From: Clostridia bacterium | Lineage (GTDB): Bacteria; Bacillota; Clostridia; Oscillospirales; CAG-272 | Length of the DNA: 64,000 nt | Reading direction: 5' to 3' | NCBI GenBank assembly: GCA_017625065.1 | Contig: JAGALS010000059.1 | Span: forward strand, 24,696 to 88,695 | Shown: positions 63,284 through 64,000 of the stretch, one piece after another | Layout: every line of letters starts with the position of its first letter | Position numbering within the stretch: the stretch's first letter is position 1 | Position numbers and translations under genes: made by a program | Notes under the pieces: generated by a model | What the model saw: only the letters and a program-made list of their open reading frames with translations | Told to the model about the DNA's origin: nothing | The model's database searches: none

Positions 63284-63829
63284 TCAGATCTGTTTCCAAA
63301 GCAGCTCGTGGGGGGCTGCGATCACGGAATTGCCCGTGAACATGCCCTGTGCCTTGGCGTAATCGGAGCCTGCCTCAACGGCGGCGTTGACGTCACCGAT
63401 CTCACCGGTGAGCAACACCATCCCCTTGCCGCCCATGCCGCGCGAAACGCGCAGCTCGAAGATCTCGACCCTTGCGGTCTTGACGGCAACGTCTGCCGCC
63501 TTGATGGCACTCGCGGCGGAGTAGGTCTCGATCACACCGAGCGAGCCTTTTTTCTCCGCAGTCTGCGTGCCGAAAAGTGCCGTGATGACCTGCTCGTCGA
63601 TGCGACCCATGATCGAAGCATCGACAAGGCGCTCCTCAAAGCGCTCCTTGATGTGCTCGACGGCGGCGGTCACGTTGGAGATCGTGCCCGTCAGGATCAT
63701 TTCATATTTACCGGGGCAGGCGGGATGCGCCGAGATCAGCGTGATATCCGCGCTTTTCAGCGCGGCATCGGTCGCCTCAATGCCCTTTGCTATGCTTTTT
63801 AATTCAACAACGCCAATCGTTTGATACAT
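63284..63829 (-). CDS. Tandem-domain BMC-T shell protein, PduT type
   Basis: Two BMC domains in 181 aa. Cys38 in HPACPGK sits at the position of the PduT Fe-S ligand. Confidence 0.88.
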   Translation of the reverse strand: MYQTIGVVELKSIAKGIEATDAALKSADITLISAHPACPGKYEMILTGTISNVTAAVEHIKERFEERLVDASIMGRIDEQVITALFGTQTAEKKGSLGVIETYSAASAIKAADVAVKTARVEIFELRVSRGMGGKGMVLLTGEIGDVNAAVEAGSDYAKAQGMFTGNSVIAAPHELLWKQI

Positions 63830-63866
63830 GTCTTATACCTGCTTTTATAAAATATGGTAGAAATCT

Positions 63867-64000
63867 TTATTTGGCTTCAATGATGATCTTTTTATCGTCC
63901 ACAAGGGTAACCGTGCCGCAAATGCTCGCGTGCTGGGGCAGGGAAAGCCCCGCGGCGCACTCGGCAATGGCGGTGTTTCGCGTGACCGTATCGCCTTTTT
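63867..64000 (-). CDS. 3' end of an upstream operon gene (identity unknown; 5' end outside window)
   Basis: Hand translation gives ...KGDTVTRNTAIAECAAGLSLPQHASICGTVTLVDDKKIIIEAK*. It is open to the window edge. Confidence 0.4.
   Translation of the reverse strand, partial: KGDTVTRNTAIAECAAGLSLPQHASICGTVTLVDDKKIIIEAK

Noticed and set aside
60737-63802. 1021-aa plus-strand ORF, the longest in the track
   Set aside because: It is exactly antisense to the glycyl radical enzyme and BMC-T genes and has no recognisable motifs. Its composition is Arg/Gly/His/Val-rich, typical of antisense frames in GC-rich coding DNA.

Overview
About 64 kb of chromosome from a moderately high-GC, spore-forming Firmicute. 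spoIVA, yabP-yabQ-divIC, recJ-relA-dtd-hemZ and cdaA suggest a gut Clostridia (Oscillospiraceae/Ruminococcaceae-like) organism; that taxon is inferred, not searched. In order, the window holds: (1) a minus-strand mannoside/glycan operon (GH38-like, UxuA-like, SGNH, lactonase, GH2) with a divergent AraC regulator; (2) tRNA-Leu, typA, an AT-rich pair of divergent XRE regulators, and a lone type IIA topoisomerase B subunit; (3) murD, three tandem M42 peptidases, ynbB-like gene, a lipoprotein, nifS-like gene and spoIVA; (4) repeat-rich accessory patches at about 24.5-25.3, 27.7-29.8, 37.1-37.4 and 43.3-43.6 kb, made of modular hairpin arrays and GTAG-type REP-like hairpins; (5) a Na+-pumping biotin decarboxylase operon that carries both an acyl-CoA-type and an oxaloacetate-type carboxyltransferase; (6) cdaA, a frameshifted FAD-protein gene, then rseC-recJ-relA-dtd-hemZ-spoVB-like-mazG, hup, and yabP/yabQ/divIC; (7) mntP behind a yybP-ykoY Mn2+ riboswitch; (8) a low-GC orphan gene; (9) the promoter-distal end of a glycyl-radical-enzyme microcompartment (GRM) operon. 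The GRM operon ends in a ParA-type ATPase plus a small Ala/Lys-rich protein, and I consider this pair the most interesting candidate system. I found no rRNA genes, CRISPR arrays, transposases or integrases. All family assignments come from motif recognition by eye, with no database searches.
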